From NCBI RefSeq assembly GCF_018977255.1, contig NW_024704743.1, forward strand, positions 76,572,001 to 76,636,000: a DNA stretch of 64,000 bases, read 5' to 3'. Origin of the DNA: Callorhinchus milii (taxonomy: Eukaryota). Each line of letters starts with the position of its first letter. The first letter of the stretch is position 1. This document shows, piece by piece, positions 37,395 through 50,670 of the stretch. The notes below the pieces were generated by a model. That model was not told the DNA's origin, did no database searches, and worked only from the letters and a program-made list of their open reading frames with translations. A program made the position numbers and the translations under genes.

Positions 37395-37815
37395 GGCTCT
37401 CGCCTCTGAGTCAAAAGGCTGTGAATTCAAGCCACACCTCAGGACTTTGAACTCATTGTCTAGGCTGGCATTCCGGTGCAGTGTTAGGGGAGTGCTGCAT
37501 TGTTGGGGATGCCGTTCTTCGGATGAAATGTTAAACCGAGGCCCATCTGCCTGTTCTGGTGGACATTAAAGAGGCCATTCAATATTCAAAAAGAGAAGGG
37601 AGTTTCATACGATGTTCTGGCCAGCAATGCTCCAGATAAAATTGGTCATTCACTCCATAGCTGTTTGTGGGACATTGCTGTGCTCACATTGGCTGCTGTG
37701 TTGGCCTACAAAATATGCAGTCACTAAACTTTATAGTAAATCTTGTGAAGCATTTTAAGATGTCTTCCCAATGCGAAAAGCGCTATATCAAATGAAATGA
37801 TTATTATAATTATTA
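37395..37815 (+). mobile_element. DeuSINE-type SINE (family B), best-preserved copy
   Basis: ctcgcctctgagtca...gggagtgctgcattgttggggatgccgttcttcggatgaaatgttaaaccgaggccc...gtggacattaaag resembles the Deu-domain of SacSINE1/AmnSINE1. Confidence 0.85.
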
Positions 37816-38439
37816 TCTTGTCTCATTTTCCTTATTGGTACTTTACAGGATCATTTCATGCTTGGCATTGTACACTTTGACTGCTTTCCCACTGCTTTGC
37901 TCTGGCTATTGATTACATTTTAGAAATTGAGCTGCAAAAATCAAAATCTGAAAGAACAATTTACAATGTGCTATATGAAATATATAGACAGATAATAGGA
38001 CAAAGGTGGGATGAGAAAATACAATGAATTACTATTCTTAAGAAACAAACACAAGGTAGAGCTTAATAAAATATCCACAAATACAGCACATTTAGAAACA
38101 AACTGCAAGTGACTCAAAGAAAGGCAGTTGCTACTTCCTGTTGCAGAAATGCAACATCACAGTCATTAAAGTTAGTATTTATTGTAGTCTTGATACATTT
38201 TTCCTTAAAAGGAGACCAGCGACTCCTCCAAAGTTAGCAACGCCACTGCCTGGAGTTTAACTGATCAACATACACAGAAAGTAGCAGATCTTATGCACAG
38301 TCAGTCTCAAGTTACCTGGTCTAAACAGGTGCAGTGTTTGAATTGCCCTCAATAAAACTAGGTTGGAAAAGGGAAAATTGCCCAACTCCTGATCTATGTT
38401 CATTTCAAAATGTATTTTTGTTAGCAATGGGACAACAAC

Positions 38440-40860
38440 AGGACAACAACAACAACAACAACAAAATCACATTTGTATAGCACCTTTCACGTCGGGAGGA
38501 CGTCCCAAGGCACTGGACAGTCAGTGTTTCGGACCCGAGCTGGGAGTCAGGATCGGGGAGGGTGAAGGGCAGGGGATGAAAGAGGGTGATTGAAGGCCTG
38601 GTCGAAGAAGAGGGTCTTGAGATGGGTCTTGAAGGAGGCAAATGGAGATGGCGAGGCAGAGAGACTGTGGGATGGAGTTCCAGAGGGTGGGGGCAGAATG
38701 CCTGAAGTTCCGTCCGCCATTGATGGAGTGGGCAAAACAGGAAGTGAAGCAGGCTGGAGCCCACTGAGTGAAGGGAGTGGGCAGGTTGATAGGGGGTTAG
38801 GAGTTCGCAGAGGTAGGCGGGAGCAAGACCATGGAGGGCTTTGAAGGTGAGGACCAGGATTTTGAGTTCTGGATGATCTGCAGCCTATGGAGGGTGGAGT
38901 TGGGGAGGCCGACAATTAGGGAGTTTACGTAGTCAAGCCTGGATGTTATGAATGCGTGTATGAGGGTTTTGGAGGCCTGCTGTGTGAGACAGTAGTGGAG
39001 TCGGGCGATGTTGCAGAGGTGGTGGAAGGCAGAGTGGGTCTTGGCATGGATGTGGGGTAGAAAGGATAGTTGAGGGTCAAACATGATGCCAAGGTTCTGG
39101 ACTGGCTTAGTAAGGTGGAGTGTGCATCCATGGCTGGCGATGCTGTCAGCCCCTGAGGTATGGAGGCGCTGACGGGAGCCAATCAAGAGAGCCTCGGACT
39201 TGTTGATGTTCAGATGAAGAAAGTTAACTCTCATCCAGGGCTTGATGTCAATTCTGTCAGGACAGCTGTGCTCCTGGAGTCAAGGATGGAGGCAGAAAGA
39301 TAGAGTTGGGTGTCATCTGCATACACGTGGAAGTTGACCCAATGTCTGCAGATGATGTCACCGAGAGGGAGCATAGAGATATTGAAAATGAGGGGACCAA
39401 AGATAGAGCTCTGAGGAATGCCGAATGAGATGGTGCGGGGGCTAGAGGACAAACGGTTTGTAGAGATGAAGTGGAGATTGTGTAAAAGGTACGATCTGAA
39501 CCAACCATGAAGGTTGAGGTGAGAAGAGAGGCGGTGGAGGAGAGTAGAGTGGTCAACGGTATCGAAAGCAGCAGAGAGGACGAGGAGGCAGAGGGAGCCC
39601 TGGTCGCAGATGGCATGGAGAATGGTATAGAGGAAGTTGTGGAGGAGAGTGACCAAGGAGGATAGGGCATTGTGGGAGGAAACCCAGAGAGGGAGGAGTT
39701 CAGATGATTCCAAGGCAGCAGAGAGGGAGGGGGTGGGAGATTTTTTCTACGAGTGGTAGGAGATGGAGGTGGGTTGTGTGGCCATGGGGAGAGGGATTGA
39801 GAAGTTAAGGGAGATGAAGTAATGGTCCAAGATCGCTTTGTCGGTGATTGTGAGGCCCGAAACAGTTAGGCCGCAGGTGATCACCAGGTCGAGGGGGTGG
39901 CTGTGGATGTGGGTGGTGGATGTGGAGGGAGAGGTTAAGGGAGAAGAAGTCAGCAGAGGGTGTGAAGTGAAGATTGAAGTCACCTAGGAAGAGGAGGCGT
40001 TCAGAGCAGAGGGAGAGGGAAGATAGGAGGGTGGAGATGTCGGGGAGGAAGGTGGGGGAGGGCTTGGGGGGATGATAGATAAGGAGAATTTTGAGGGAAA
40101 GGTTGGAGGGGTGATGAAGGGTAAGATGCTCAGAGGAGGGGAAGGTTCAGGAGGAATAAGGGGATAGGCTGAGCGGGGACCAGGAGATGAGAGCCACACC
40201 ACCACCAACAACAACAACAACAACAAGATTCCATTTATAGAGCGCCTTTCACGTCAGGAGGACGTCCCAAGGCGCTGCACAGTTGGGTCATGACCCGAGC
40301 AGGGGGGAAATGGTCAGGGTGAGGGGAGGGAAGGGAGGGAGAGAGGAGGGGGGAAATGGTCAGGGTGAGGGGAGGGAAGGGAGGGAGCGAGGAGGAGGAA
40401 GAGAGTCGAGAGGGGAGCTGAAGGCACGGTCAAAGAGAATCGTGGTTAGTCGTGGGATATGATGGAAGGTGTAGCTGGGTGGAGTGGCCTCTGTTGCGGG
40501 AAGTGTCGCCTGGACTGATCCAGGTTTCAGTGAAGGTGAGAATGTCAATATTTTCGTTGACAATGAGGTCTTGGATGGTGAGTGTTTTATTGGAGAGGGA
40601 GCAGACATTTTGTAGGCCGATGTGGATGGGACAATTGGTGGCGGAATGTGGGGGATGAGGGAGAGGATTGACAGGGAGGGTGGGGATGTGGGTGAGCGAG
40701 GGAGAGGTTGGCCCCCGGGATCAGGGATCGATGGGCCTTGTGGCGAGAATGGGGGACAAGGCAGTCAGAGTGGTTGCTGTTGGACAGCCAGTGTCGCCTG
40801 TCACAATGGGCCCGACGGAGGATTCGGACACATCCCAGCTCACCTGTGATGGATCCCCCT
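38440..40860 (-). mobile_element. Long internally deleted L2 (endonuclease + RT) with a second L2 tail inserted at ~40195-40440
   Basis: EN motifs NVCSL.NK...TETW and LDLVIT...DH; RT motifs LSAAFDTVDH, GIPQSSIFGP and YADDTQLY; (TTG)n tails at ~38445 and ~40205. Confidence 0.9.
40301..40392. repeat. Tandem duplication, 2 x 46 bp, G/A-rich
   Basis: aggggggaaatggtcagggtgaggggagggaagggagggag(a/c)gagg occurs twice. Confidence 0.9.
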
Positions 40861-41699
40861 TTAATTGAATTTGTGGACCTTGCTGTGAACAAAATATAAT
40901 GCACTTGACAATAATTACTGTAAAGCAGTTTGAGTCCCTGGGGCCAACCTCTCCTCTCTCATCCACATCCCCACCCCACCTGTCAATTCTCCCCCTTGTT
41001 CCACCCATTCCGCCATGGCCAACAAAATGTCCACTCTCTCACTCGTTTATGAATGGCCACTTTGACGAGGTACTGGAGAGTGCCTATGGAAACCTAGAAC
41101 ATTAATCAGCACCATTAGGGGACCAAAGAAAACTTGCATTATTTATAGTACCTTGTACACCAAAATGTCTCAAACTGCTTAACAGTAATTATTGTCAAGT
41201 GCAGTATATTTTGTTCACAGCAAAGTTCCACAAATAGACATAAGGTAAAGCAGTGTAGACTGATTTCAGGTCCTGGCATGAGGCTTAAACGCACAGCTTC
41301 TGACCTCAGAGGCAAGAGTTCAACTGAGTGAGAAGGGACAGAAAATAATTTAAAACTTTAAATGGGCTATAAAATATATTTTTTTATCACTTATATGCAT
41401 TAAACAAGTCCCATCAGTCAGGACTATGACATTTAATATGATTTATGCGAAGTCCAAGTTGCAGGCAAACTGTATAAGTCGTATAAAATCCAATTTCATC
41501 AATAATCTACACTGCACATGTCTAATTCAATGCAGCCGGTAAGTGCGCTTAAAGTGACGGGTAAAGAGTACATTTCCCACAATTCAGTGCCCATTGACCC
41601 TCGCCATATGTGCACTTAATGGAGGGTAGGGGAGCGGCATTACAATTTAGGAGGTGGGGTGATTAATACAAATAGTGCAAAGAAATCAAGCAATTTTGA

Positions 41700-42090
41700 T
41701 AAGAAATTTAGCCTTTTTGCACTCGCCCTCTGGAACTCCACCCTGGAGCCCCTCCGCCTCTATTGCCTCTTTCAAAACCCATCACAAGAGCTTCCTCTTC
41801 GACTGTGCAGGACACCCTTCTTAACTAGAGCCTGCAGCTCCCATGCAAACCATTGACTGTCCAGCACCTTGGGACTTTTCTTGATGCGAAAAGTGCTTTA
41901 TAAATGAACAACAACAACAAAATTACATTTGTAAATCGCCTTTCATGTCGGGAAGACATCCCAAGGAGATGAACAATCAGGGATCAGGACCCGAGTGTGG
42001 GGGCAGGATTGGGATGAGGGAGGCCAGAGGGGTTAGGAAGGCGTCTGAAGGCACATTCAAAAAAGAGGGTCTTGAGTCGTTCCTTGAAGA
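41700..42090. mobile_element. Two L2 3' ends, tail to tail
   Basis: Sense tail ends ...gtgctttataaatg and is directly followed by the (AAC)n antisense tail at ~41907. Confidence 0.75.
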
Positions 42091-42559
42091 AAACGACTCA
42101 ATGAAATATGTTGTTGCTAAAACTGAATGGGACTTGGGTGAATGTATTTTGTACTCTAAGTATTTGCATTGCTGGATGTTTCTTCCAAAATGACCCATCA
42201 ACATGATGTTAAAATTGCTAGTGATTGAAAAATTTTATTGTCTCCATTTGCAACAAAGAGCTATTTCCCTCAATGCTATATTGATCTATTGTTGCTACAA
42301 ATTCTCAAATTTAGCTACTGCCTATGTGCTACAATCACATGTAATTAATATCGGGGGCAGGTGGCAGCTAATGTTTGTGACTGTGACAATGTGGCTTCGT
42401 TGTGTAATAGTTGAAACTCTCCCTGCAGCTGAATGAAATCGGATACATTTTACAGTACTTAGAAGTTTAGATTTAGATTACTTCATTTCACGTGTTGTTA
42501 CAGGACGTGACTCATAACAACATGTGAAATATGTTTGTGTTGAAATCCATTCACTCTCT

Positions 42560-42890
42560 GTAACCTCACTACCTCTCCAACCTCCTTACTCCCCAATCCA
42601 CCACCTGGCACCTTCACTCGACTGGCACTGGCCGTCGCTCGGCCCTCTCACCCTCTGCCCCACCATCGGAGCTCACGCTTTCAGCCACTATGTCCCAAAA
42701 CTCTGGAATACTCTCCCTCAGTCCCTCCACCTTACCCCCTCTCTCTTCTTTCAAGTCCCGCCTGAATAATTATCTCTTCAACCGTGCTTACGGCCCCCTC
42801 CCTCAGCTCAGAGTCAGACTCCGCCACTGTTAAGCGCTCTGAGATGCTACCCTGCGTGGAGGGTGCTATATAAGTGCAAGTTGTTGTTGA
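42560..42890 (+). mobile_element. L2 3' fragment (second subfamily; related copy ~63090-63280)
   Basis: TIGAHAFSHYVPKLWNTLP and tail gagggtgctatataagtgcaagttgttgttg. Confidence 0.75.
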
Positions 42891-45331
42891 CCCTGATTCC
42901 TCTTATTCTGGCCTATCGCTCACCTACAGTGCTCCAGGACATACTGCAATACTTCAGAAGTATTTATTTTTTTAAATGACTGTTCATTAGAAACATTACA
43001 AAGATTATGTGTGTGTTTTGATTCATATTAATGTCATCTACGTCATTATTGGTCATGATTTGATTCACATAGCTTGCAGCAAGGCGAACGTAGGAAGCCA
43101 CATTATTGATGAGCAGACCTTATTAAACCTTTTGAAAAATGATCAATTCAAATTATTTTATTGTCAATTCACAAAAAAAATTCTTACATTTCCAGACTTT
43201 AAAATTTTGAATTTTTAAAAAATGGTATATTATGCACAGCTGAGCCAAGCTCAGTGAATTCTTAAGATTTAGCATTACCATGTAAATGAACTTTACACAA
43301 TAGGTGATAACCCACAGGTGAAGCTCAAGTGCTTTATCAACATCATCTGAACGGCTGTGATGTGTTACACCCTTGAAACACACTCCTGCTTGTGTTGTTC
43401 TATGTAACATATATAGCCGGAATTGCAGGGATAGTTTTTTTCTTTTTTAGTTCACTGGAGGATCTTTCCTTTTTTCTATTGGCAGTTGGGGTCAAGCCTT
43501 ACCCTGGACTGTAGGATCCCATGACTGAGTCATGTGAGAGAAACAGAAATGCTTTTGTACCATGTGATTCGATCTGCTGTGCCCTTAGGCTTCAATTTGC
43601 TATATGTTTTCAGGGATATAACATAACTTATAGTTATTAGCGTATCAAAATACCATATTAAATTCCTGATGCTATGTATTCCTATGAAAAGAGACTCACT
43701 CTTAACTAGCAGAAGTAGTTTGATGGCATGAGTCTGCATATTTATACTATAAAATAACTCCAGTTGTTTCTCAGTGGAAGTAAACTACTTTCCCTCGTTA
43801 TTAATGATACGTGCACAACAATTGTCCTACATGAACAAAATGTGGAACCAGTTATGCGCTGATGGAATGTAACCTTTTACTGGTGAATATTCTGGAGCAT
43901 TTTCGAAAACCCTTTTCCTACCATCCAGAAATGAAAGGCACATTTAGCTAAGAGAAAAGGGAAATAATTATTTTTGCCTAAGTTTCTCCACATCTTTCTA
44001 ATCCAAAAAAAGCCTTTCCAAGGACTCTGGCTAACATATTGTACTTATTGGATGTCTCCTTCTTTCACGTGTGTGCAGGCAAACTTTTCAGCTGAGGAGT
44101 GTGATCACTGTTAAAACCAATGTTATCTTCATGCAATGGAAACATTCCAGTAGGGGGTGCTGGATACTGATCAGAATTGGGAATGCTGGCTGATATCCTC
44201 AACCGTAATATTTGCTAACGCAAAGACCAGTAATCACATTGGGAACTTTCTAGCCTACTTGCCTCAGTACCACACCAGGTAGATACAACACACCATCGAA
44301 GCAACCAAATTGTTTCCTGATTTAATTCCAACATTTTATTTTATTACAAAGGAATTCTCCAGTAACTTCCTCTTAGTATATTCTCTTACTTTCTAATAAT
44401 TGATCAATTTTTTTTAGCCTTTGATTCTTCAACAATTTATCAAATTCTTGTTTTCCCCATTTTTAATTTCATCTCTTTTCTAAACTGATCTCTTCTCTCT
44501 CTCTCTCTCTCCTTCCGACTTTTCACATTTCTTTCTTCCAGAACTATTCCTTATACTATTTTTCTTTTTTTTGTGTCTTTTTTCAAAGAAAAGGTTTGAT
44601 TTTCACTCCTTACTTGATTTTACTCTTTGCATGCTGCATGTTCCATTAACATGAGCCAGTTTACTAAAGTGGAAAAACATTGGAGCCACACACTGTTCAA
44701 TAATAAAGAATATTGTCCTGTTGTGTTGTTTTATCCTATGAGCCGCTCCGGCTGCACCCTGTGTGATTTCAGACCACACCTCTTTAGCTTCGTGTATTCA
44801 CAAGAGCACAAGAGAGGTTTGGACGAAGAAGGCCTTTTGGCTCTTTTGATCTCTCCTTTGTCTTTCCATTACAGCTTCAGGGCTGCGTTTTAAATGATTC
44901 CAGCAATCATGCCTCAACCACCTTTCTTGTTCCAGTTATTAATTATCCTCTAGGAAAATAAATACTTCCTGAAATCCTTCCTGAAATTGCCTTTTGCAAA
45001 TCTAAGTCTGTAACCTTTTGCTCTGTGGTCTTGATGCATTTGAGTTTACTTTCTCAATCCCATTTATTATCAGGCATTACAATATAAAAATCAATACAAA
45101 TTTACATTTATATAGTAGCCTTCACGTTGGGAGGATATCCTTGCATTTGTTAAAGGCTTTATGGCTTAGCACCCAAGCTGGGGGTAGGAAGGGGAAAGTT
45201 GCCCGAAAGTGTGATCGCAGATATATCTCCATTAGATCTCTTCTGAAATGTCTTTTTTCAAGAGGGAACCAATCTAATTGTTGCTCATAGCTCATCCCTT
45301 TACTACTGAGGTTCATCCACATTGCTCTCCT

Positions 45332-45690
45332 CTACAACAACAACAACAAAATTACATTTATAGAGCGCCTTTCACGTCGGGAGGATGTCCCAAAGCGCTG
45401 AACAGTCAGGTGTCGGGGCCCGAGCATGGGGGAGGGGTGGTTTAGGGGTGAGGGAAGGCAGAGAGGTGGGAGTGAGACCAAAGGCACAGTTGAAGAGAAG
45501 GGTCTTGAGACCGGCCTTGAAGGAGGCAAGGGAGGAAGCGAGGTGAAGGGACCGTTGGATGGAGTTCCAGAGCGTGGGGGCAGAGAGGCTGAAAGCCCGG
45601 CCACCGATGGTAGGGCGGGTCGGGCGGGAGACATGGAGCAGGCTGGAGCCCGCTGAACGGAGGGAGTGGGCAGGTTGGTAAGGACTCTGC
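45332..45690 (-). mobile_element. Relatively young L2 3' fragment
   Basis: TIGGRAFSLSAPTLWNS...SLASFKAGLKTLLF; CpGs retained; (TTG)n tail. Confidence 0.9.
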
Positions 45691-45928
45691 ACTCCCTTGA
45701 GGACATTGGAAGCCCCTTATGTCATGGTGACTAGAACTACATGCAGTGCTCTTTGCCTGACTATAGCACTATGCAATTAGAGTGATCCATTAGTATGACT
45801 GTGTATTTGTCGACAAAATAACAACCAATTTGTGCACAGGAATGTCAAACAAGTGGCCGTGAAGTGACCAGGTCACTGGGAAGAATTACCATCTCTTTTT
45901 AAATAGTATCCTAGGATCTTCAAATGAA

Positions 45929-46560
45929 CTGCATTCGTTGCCCACAGTGTGGTCTCCTCTACATTTGGGAGACCAAACGCAGATTGGGAGACCGATTTGC
46001 CGAACACGTCCGTTCTGTCCACAAGTACAACCCTGAGCTTCCGGTTTCTTGCAACTTCAATTTTCCCTCCCACTCGCACTCAGACCTCTCCATCCATGGT
46101 CTCCTATGCAGTTTCAGTAAACCACAGCTTGAACAGCAACTCATCTATCTGCTAGGGACCATACAGCCCTCTGGCCGCAATATTGATTTCAATAATTTCA
46201 GATCATAATAGCTCACCTTCCCCCTCCCACTCTTCGGTGACCATTACCACATCATCTGGATCCGAGAAACACCTTTTCTCTCTCTGGTCTGCCTGTTTTG
46301 TTGCAATTCCCCCCTTTGTTTTGCATTATTAACACCCCGTATTCCCCTGTTTTGTTGCAATCACCCCCCACTTTGTTTTGAATCATTAACCCCTCTTTAA
46401 CCCATCATCCCCTGTCCTCTACCCCATTTTCTCCTTATTCTTCCTTGTCCTGCCTCCCCCATCTCGGTTACTCCTTTAAATCCTCTCCCTCCCAACATGC
46501 CCCAGTTCTGATGTAGGGTTGTTGTTTCAGATTTCCAGCATCTGCAGTATTTTGCGTTTT
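45929..46560 (+). mobile_element. Penelope-like element 3' fragment (GIY-YIG endonuclease) with 14-bp TSD
   Basis: CIRCPQCGLLYI.ETKRRL.DRFAEH...PV..HFN-like...LEQQLI..LGT.QPSG.N.DF; TSD GATCTTCAAATGAA (45915-45928) and GATCTTCAAGTGAA (46561-46574). Confidence 0.88.
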
Positions 46561-47204
46561 GATCTTCAAGTGAATTGGATTAATATATTTTTAAATGTTG
46601 GTGTCCTATTTAAAATTTGCAAATTTTCTGGACTGTCCAGTTCAAAACTAACAGGTGGCAGCCCACTGGGAAAAACAGACATATTACCATGTTTAGCCGA
46701 AGTGATGATGAAATGAGACAGGCATATTGGAAATACATTACTGAGAAAACTGGCAAGTGAAGAAGATAAATAAATTATTACAGCATTCTTTGTCCACAAT
46801 TTGAAATCGTGGCAATTAACTTCTATTAACAGCAATGTATTCCTAATCAAGATCCATTTTAGCTCTGGATCAAATCCAGCAACAGCTTAACTCCAGCACC
46901 TGGAAAATCTTGGCAAGTGCAACATTAAGCTGCTGGGACTCAATTGGGAGTTGCATAATATCTGGGATGGTCCCAGGCATCTCTGGAGTGTTGATAGGTT
47001 AGCATATGCTGCAATACTAAACCTTCATATTGTACCTATATTTTAGGTTCCATTCAATCCTGCAATAAAACCCTTCGACAACAGTGCTCTCTGTTTCCAA
47101 TCTAAGGTTTGCCAATTGCATGGCATCAGCGTGGGTTCAGAATGGAACAGCAATTGATCACATAGTGTTGAGTGACTTGGCATGTCCTCTGCTCTCCAAT
47201 TATA

Positions 47205-48860
47205 CATTAGAATATACAGCACAGAAACAGGCCATTCGGCCCAACTGGTCCATGCCAGTGTTTAATCTCCACATGAACCTCCTCCTGCCCTTCCTCAACT
47301 AAGCCTTCAAGCATATCCTTCTATTCCTTTCTCCTTCATGTACCTATCTAGCTTTCCCTTAAATACATCTTATGCTATTTGCCTCAACAACTCCTCGTGG
47401 TTGCAGGTTTCACATTCCCACTACTCTCTGTGTGAAGAAATTTCTTCTAACTTCCCTATTTGATCTATTTGTGACTATTTTATATTGACGGCCCTTGGTT
47501 TTGGTCTCCCCCACAAGTGAAAACATCTTCCCATGTCTACCCTATCAAAACATTTCATCATTTTAAAGACCTCTATCAGGTCACTCCTCAAGAGAAAAGA
47601 GTCCCAAGCATGTTCAGCCTTTCCTGATAAATATAACCTCTCAGTTCTGGGATCATCCTTGTGAATCTCCTTTGCACCCTCTCTAGTGCCTCTAGGTCCC
47701 TTCTATAATGTGGGGCCCAGAACTGCACACAGTATTCTAAGTGTGGTCTAACCAAGGTTCTATAGAGATTTACCATAACTTCTCTGCTTTTCATTTCTCT
47801 CCCTCTAGAAATTAACCCCAATGTCTGGTTTGCTTTTCTTATGGCCTTATTAACCTGGTTGTTACTTTTAGTGAATTGTGTATGTGTTCCCCTAGTTCCT
47901 TTGCTCCTCTACCCCATTTAGGTTTTTATTTTCCAGGATCTATGTGACTTCTTTATTCCTTCTACCAAAATGCACCACCTCACACTTTTCTACATTGAAA
48001 TGCATTTGCCATTTAAATGCCCACTCAGCAAGTTTATTAAGGTCTTGCTGTAATTTGCAATTTGTTGTAGAGTCCTCCTCTGTATTAACTATTTCCCCCA
48101 GTTTGGTGTCGTCCGCAAATTTTGAAATTGTACTGCTGATTCCCGAGTCCAAATCATTAATGTATATTGTGAACAACAGTAGTCCTAATACCGATCATTG
48201 GGGAACACCACTGCCCACCCCCAGCCAGTTTGAGTAGCTACTCTTTACCCCTACTCTCTGTTTTCTGTTTTGCAGCTGGTTGCTATCCATTCTGTTATTT
48301 TTCCCCTGACTCCACATGCTCTGACCTTATTCATTAGTCTGTTATGTGGCACCTTATCGAACGCCTTTTGGAAATCTAAATATATTACATCTACTACATT
48401 ACCCTTGTCTACTCTTTCTGTTACCCCTTCAAAGAATTCAATGAGGTTGGTCAAGCATGACCTTCCTTTTTGAAATCCGTGCTGACTATTCTTTATTATG
48501 TTTTCTGTTTCCAGGTATTTTTCTATTGCCTCCTTCAGTAAGGATTCCATTATCTTTCCTACCACCGATGTTAAGCTGACAGGTCTATAGTTTCCCTGGG
48601 CTTGTTCTATCTTCCTTTTTAAATATAGGTATAACATTAGCTATCCTCCAGTCCTCTGGCACTATTCCCTTTTCTAATGAGTTATATTTGTGTAATAGTG
48701 CCTCTGCTATCTCTTCCCTCAATTCTTTTAATATACACGATGCCATCCATCTGGACCAGGGGTTTTATCCTCTCTTGAGTTTCGTTAGTTTTTCGATTAT
48801 ATCTCCCCTTTGTATTTTAAATGTATTTATATTATTTTTGATCTATTCTACTGTCATGTC
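47205..48860 (-). mobile_element. CR1 LINE, RT domain and 3' tail
   Basis: GNYRPVSLTSVVGKIME, QHGFQKGRSCLTNL, YLDFQKAFDKVPH, FADDTKL and LYRTLVRPHLEYCVQFW; frameshifted. Confidence 0.95.
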
Positions 48861-49424
48861 TGTCTGATCTGTCTAGTTTGTGTAGTTTGGTGTTGCTGGG
48901 AAACCTCTGAACACTAGCCAGTCACCTTCTGTTTCAAGAGGGCAGCCCTTGAACTTCCAGGACCGGATCTGACCTTGTAACATGGGGTGACTGTCAGATT
49001 GGAGCCATTGGTGTGCCTTGTGCTAGAAGTGTTCATGCCAGCACGTGAGGGGTATTGCCGACCATGAAGTTTGGGACTGATTCTGTCCGAGGGCTGACAG
49101 TATGGACTCGACAATTGATGATGTAGCCAAGGACCTTCTTGCTTCTGCAGCTGATGTCGTAAGGAAACTGAAACTATAGCTTGCAAGGCACTCATCCCTG
49201 ATGTGGGACCCTGTCAAGGTAACCATAAAGGGAAGGAGAGCTATTGGATGAAAGCAGATGCCCTTTTAAAGCGGTTTTGGAAGCTTCATTGGAGCAAGCC
49301 AGAAGCTGCACCAAATGCAATTTATGACCAAGCACGGCACAAAACCAGGAAATTTATTAGAGACATAAAGTGGGATCAATGCATCGCATTACTCCAAAAA
49401 GGGCACAACCACACAAGGATGCAT

Positions 49425-50670
49425 CCAGCATCCACAGCTGGGAGAGAGTTCCAGGTTTCCTCTGCCCTTTGGGTGAAAACCTGCCTCCTTAATTCACTCC
49501 TAAATGGCCTAGCTCTCATTTTAAGATTATGCTGCCTTGTTCTGGATTCCCCACCAGAGGAAATAGTTTTTCTGTATCTACCCTATCAAATCCCTTTTAT
49601 TATTTTAAAATCCTCAATCAGATCACCCCTCAACCTTCTAAACTCGAGGGAATAGAGACCGTTTATACAACCTGTTCTCATAATTTAACCCTTTTAGCCC
49701 TGGTATAATTCTGGTGAATCTGCACTGCATCCCCTGGAGACCCAATATATCCTTCCTGAGGTGCGGTACCCAAAACTGAACACAGTACCAAGGCTGTATA
49801 CAGTTGAAGCATCATTTCCTCTCCTTTATATACCAGCCCCCTTGAGATAAAGGCCAACATCCCATTAGTCTTTTTGATAATGTTTTGTACCTGTGAGCTT
49901 GTTTTTAGTGATTTGTGTACGTGGACACCCATATCGCTTTGTTCTTCCACAGTTTTTAATAACTTCCTGCACAATTAACTGTGCCTCCTAACTTCGTGTC
50001 ATCTGCAAATTTGGATATAACATTCTCTATTCCTTCATCCAAGTCGTTATATATACATAAAGCTGAGGCCCCAATACAGAACCCTGGGGAACACCACTTG
50101 TCACATCTCGCCAATCAGAAAACGTTCCTTTTAACCCTACTCACAGTTTCCTGCCTCCCAACCAATTACTAAGCCACTTTACAAGGTTACCTCCGATTCC
50201 ACGCGCTTTTATTTTTGCTAACAACCTCTTGTGCGGAACCTTATCAAATGCCTTCTGGAAGTCTGTCTAGACGATACCCATAGACACTCTCTTATCCACC
50301 TTTTAGTGATCTCCTCAAAAAATTTCAATTAGATTCGGCAGACATGACCTACCCTTCATAAATCCATACTAACTCTCTTTGATTAGCTCATACTTGTCCA
50401 GGTGCTCAGTCACTCTGTCCCTAATGAGACATTCCATTAACTTCCAGTAAGTTAAGTTGACAGGTCTGCAGTTACCTGGTTTCTCCCTCCCTCCCTTCTT
50501 AAATAATAGAGTGATATCTGCAATTCTTCAATCCAAGGGCACAATTCCCAAATATAAAGAGCTTTGGAAAATGATAACTAACGCATCTGCAATTTCCTCC
50601 CCTATTTCTTTTTATATCCTGCGGTGGAATCTTACCATGTCCTGGAGATTTATCTATCTTGAGTCCCATT
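49425..50670 (-). mobile_element. Second CR1 LINE RT fragment
   Basis: DFQKAFDKVPH and FADDTKLGG motifs on the minus strand, followed by IKKTNGMLAFISRG. Confidence 0.9.

Noticed and set aside
38396..41105. Dense overlapping ORFs suggesting a nested gene
   Set aside because: Explained by GC-rich L2 sequence and its antisense frames.
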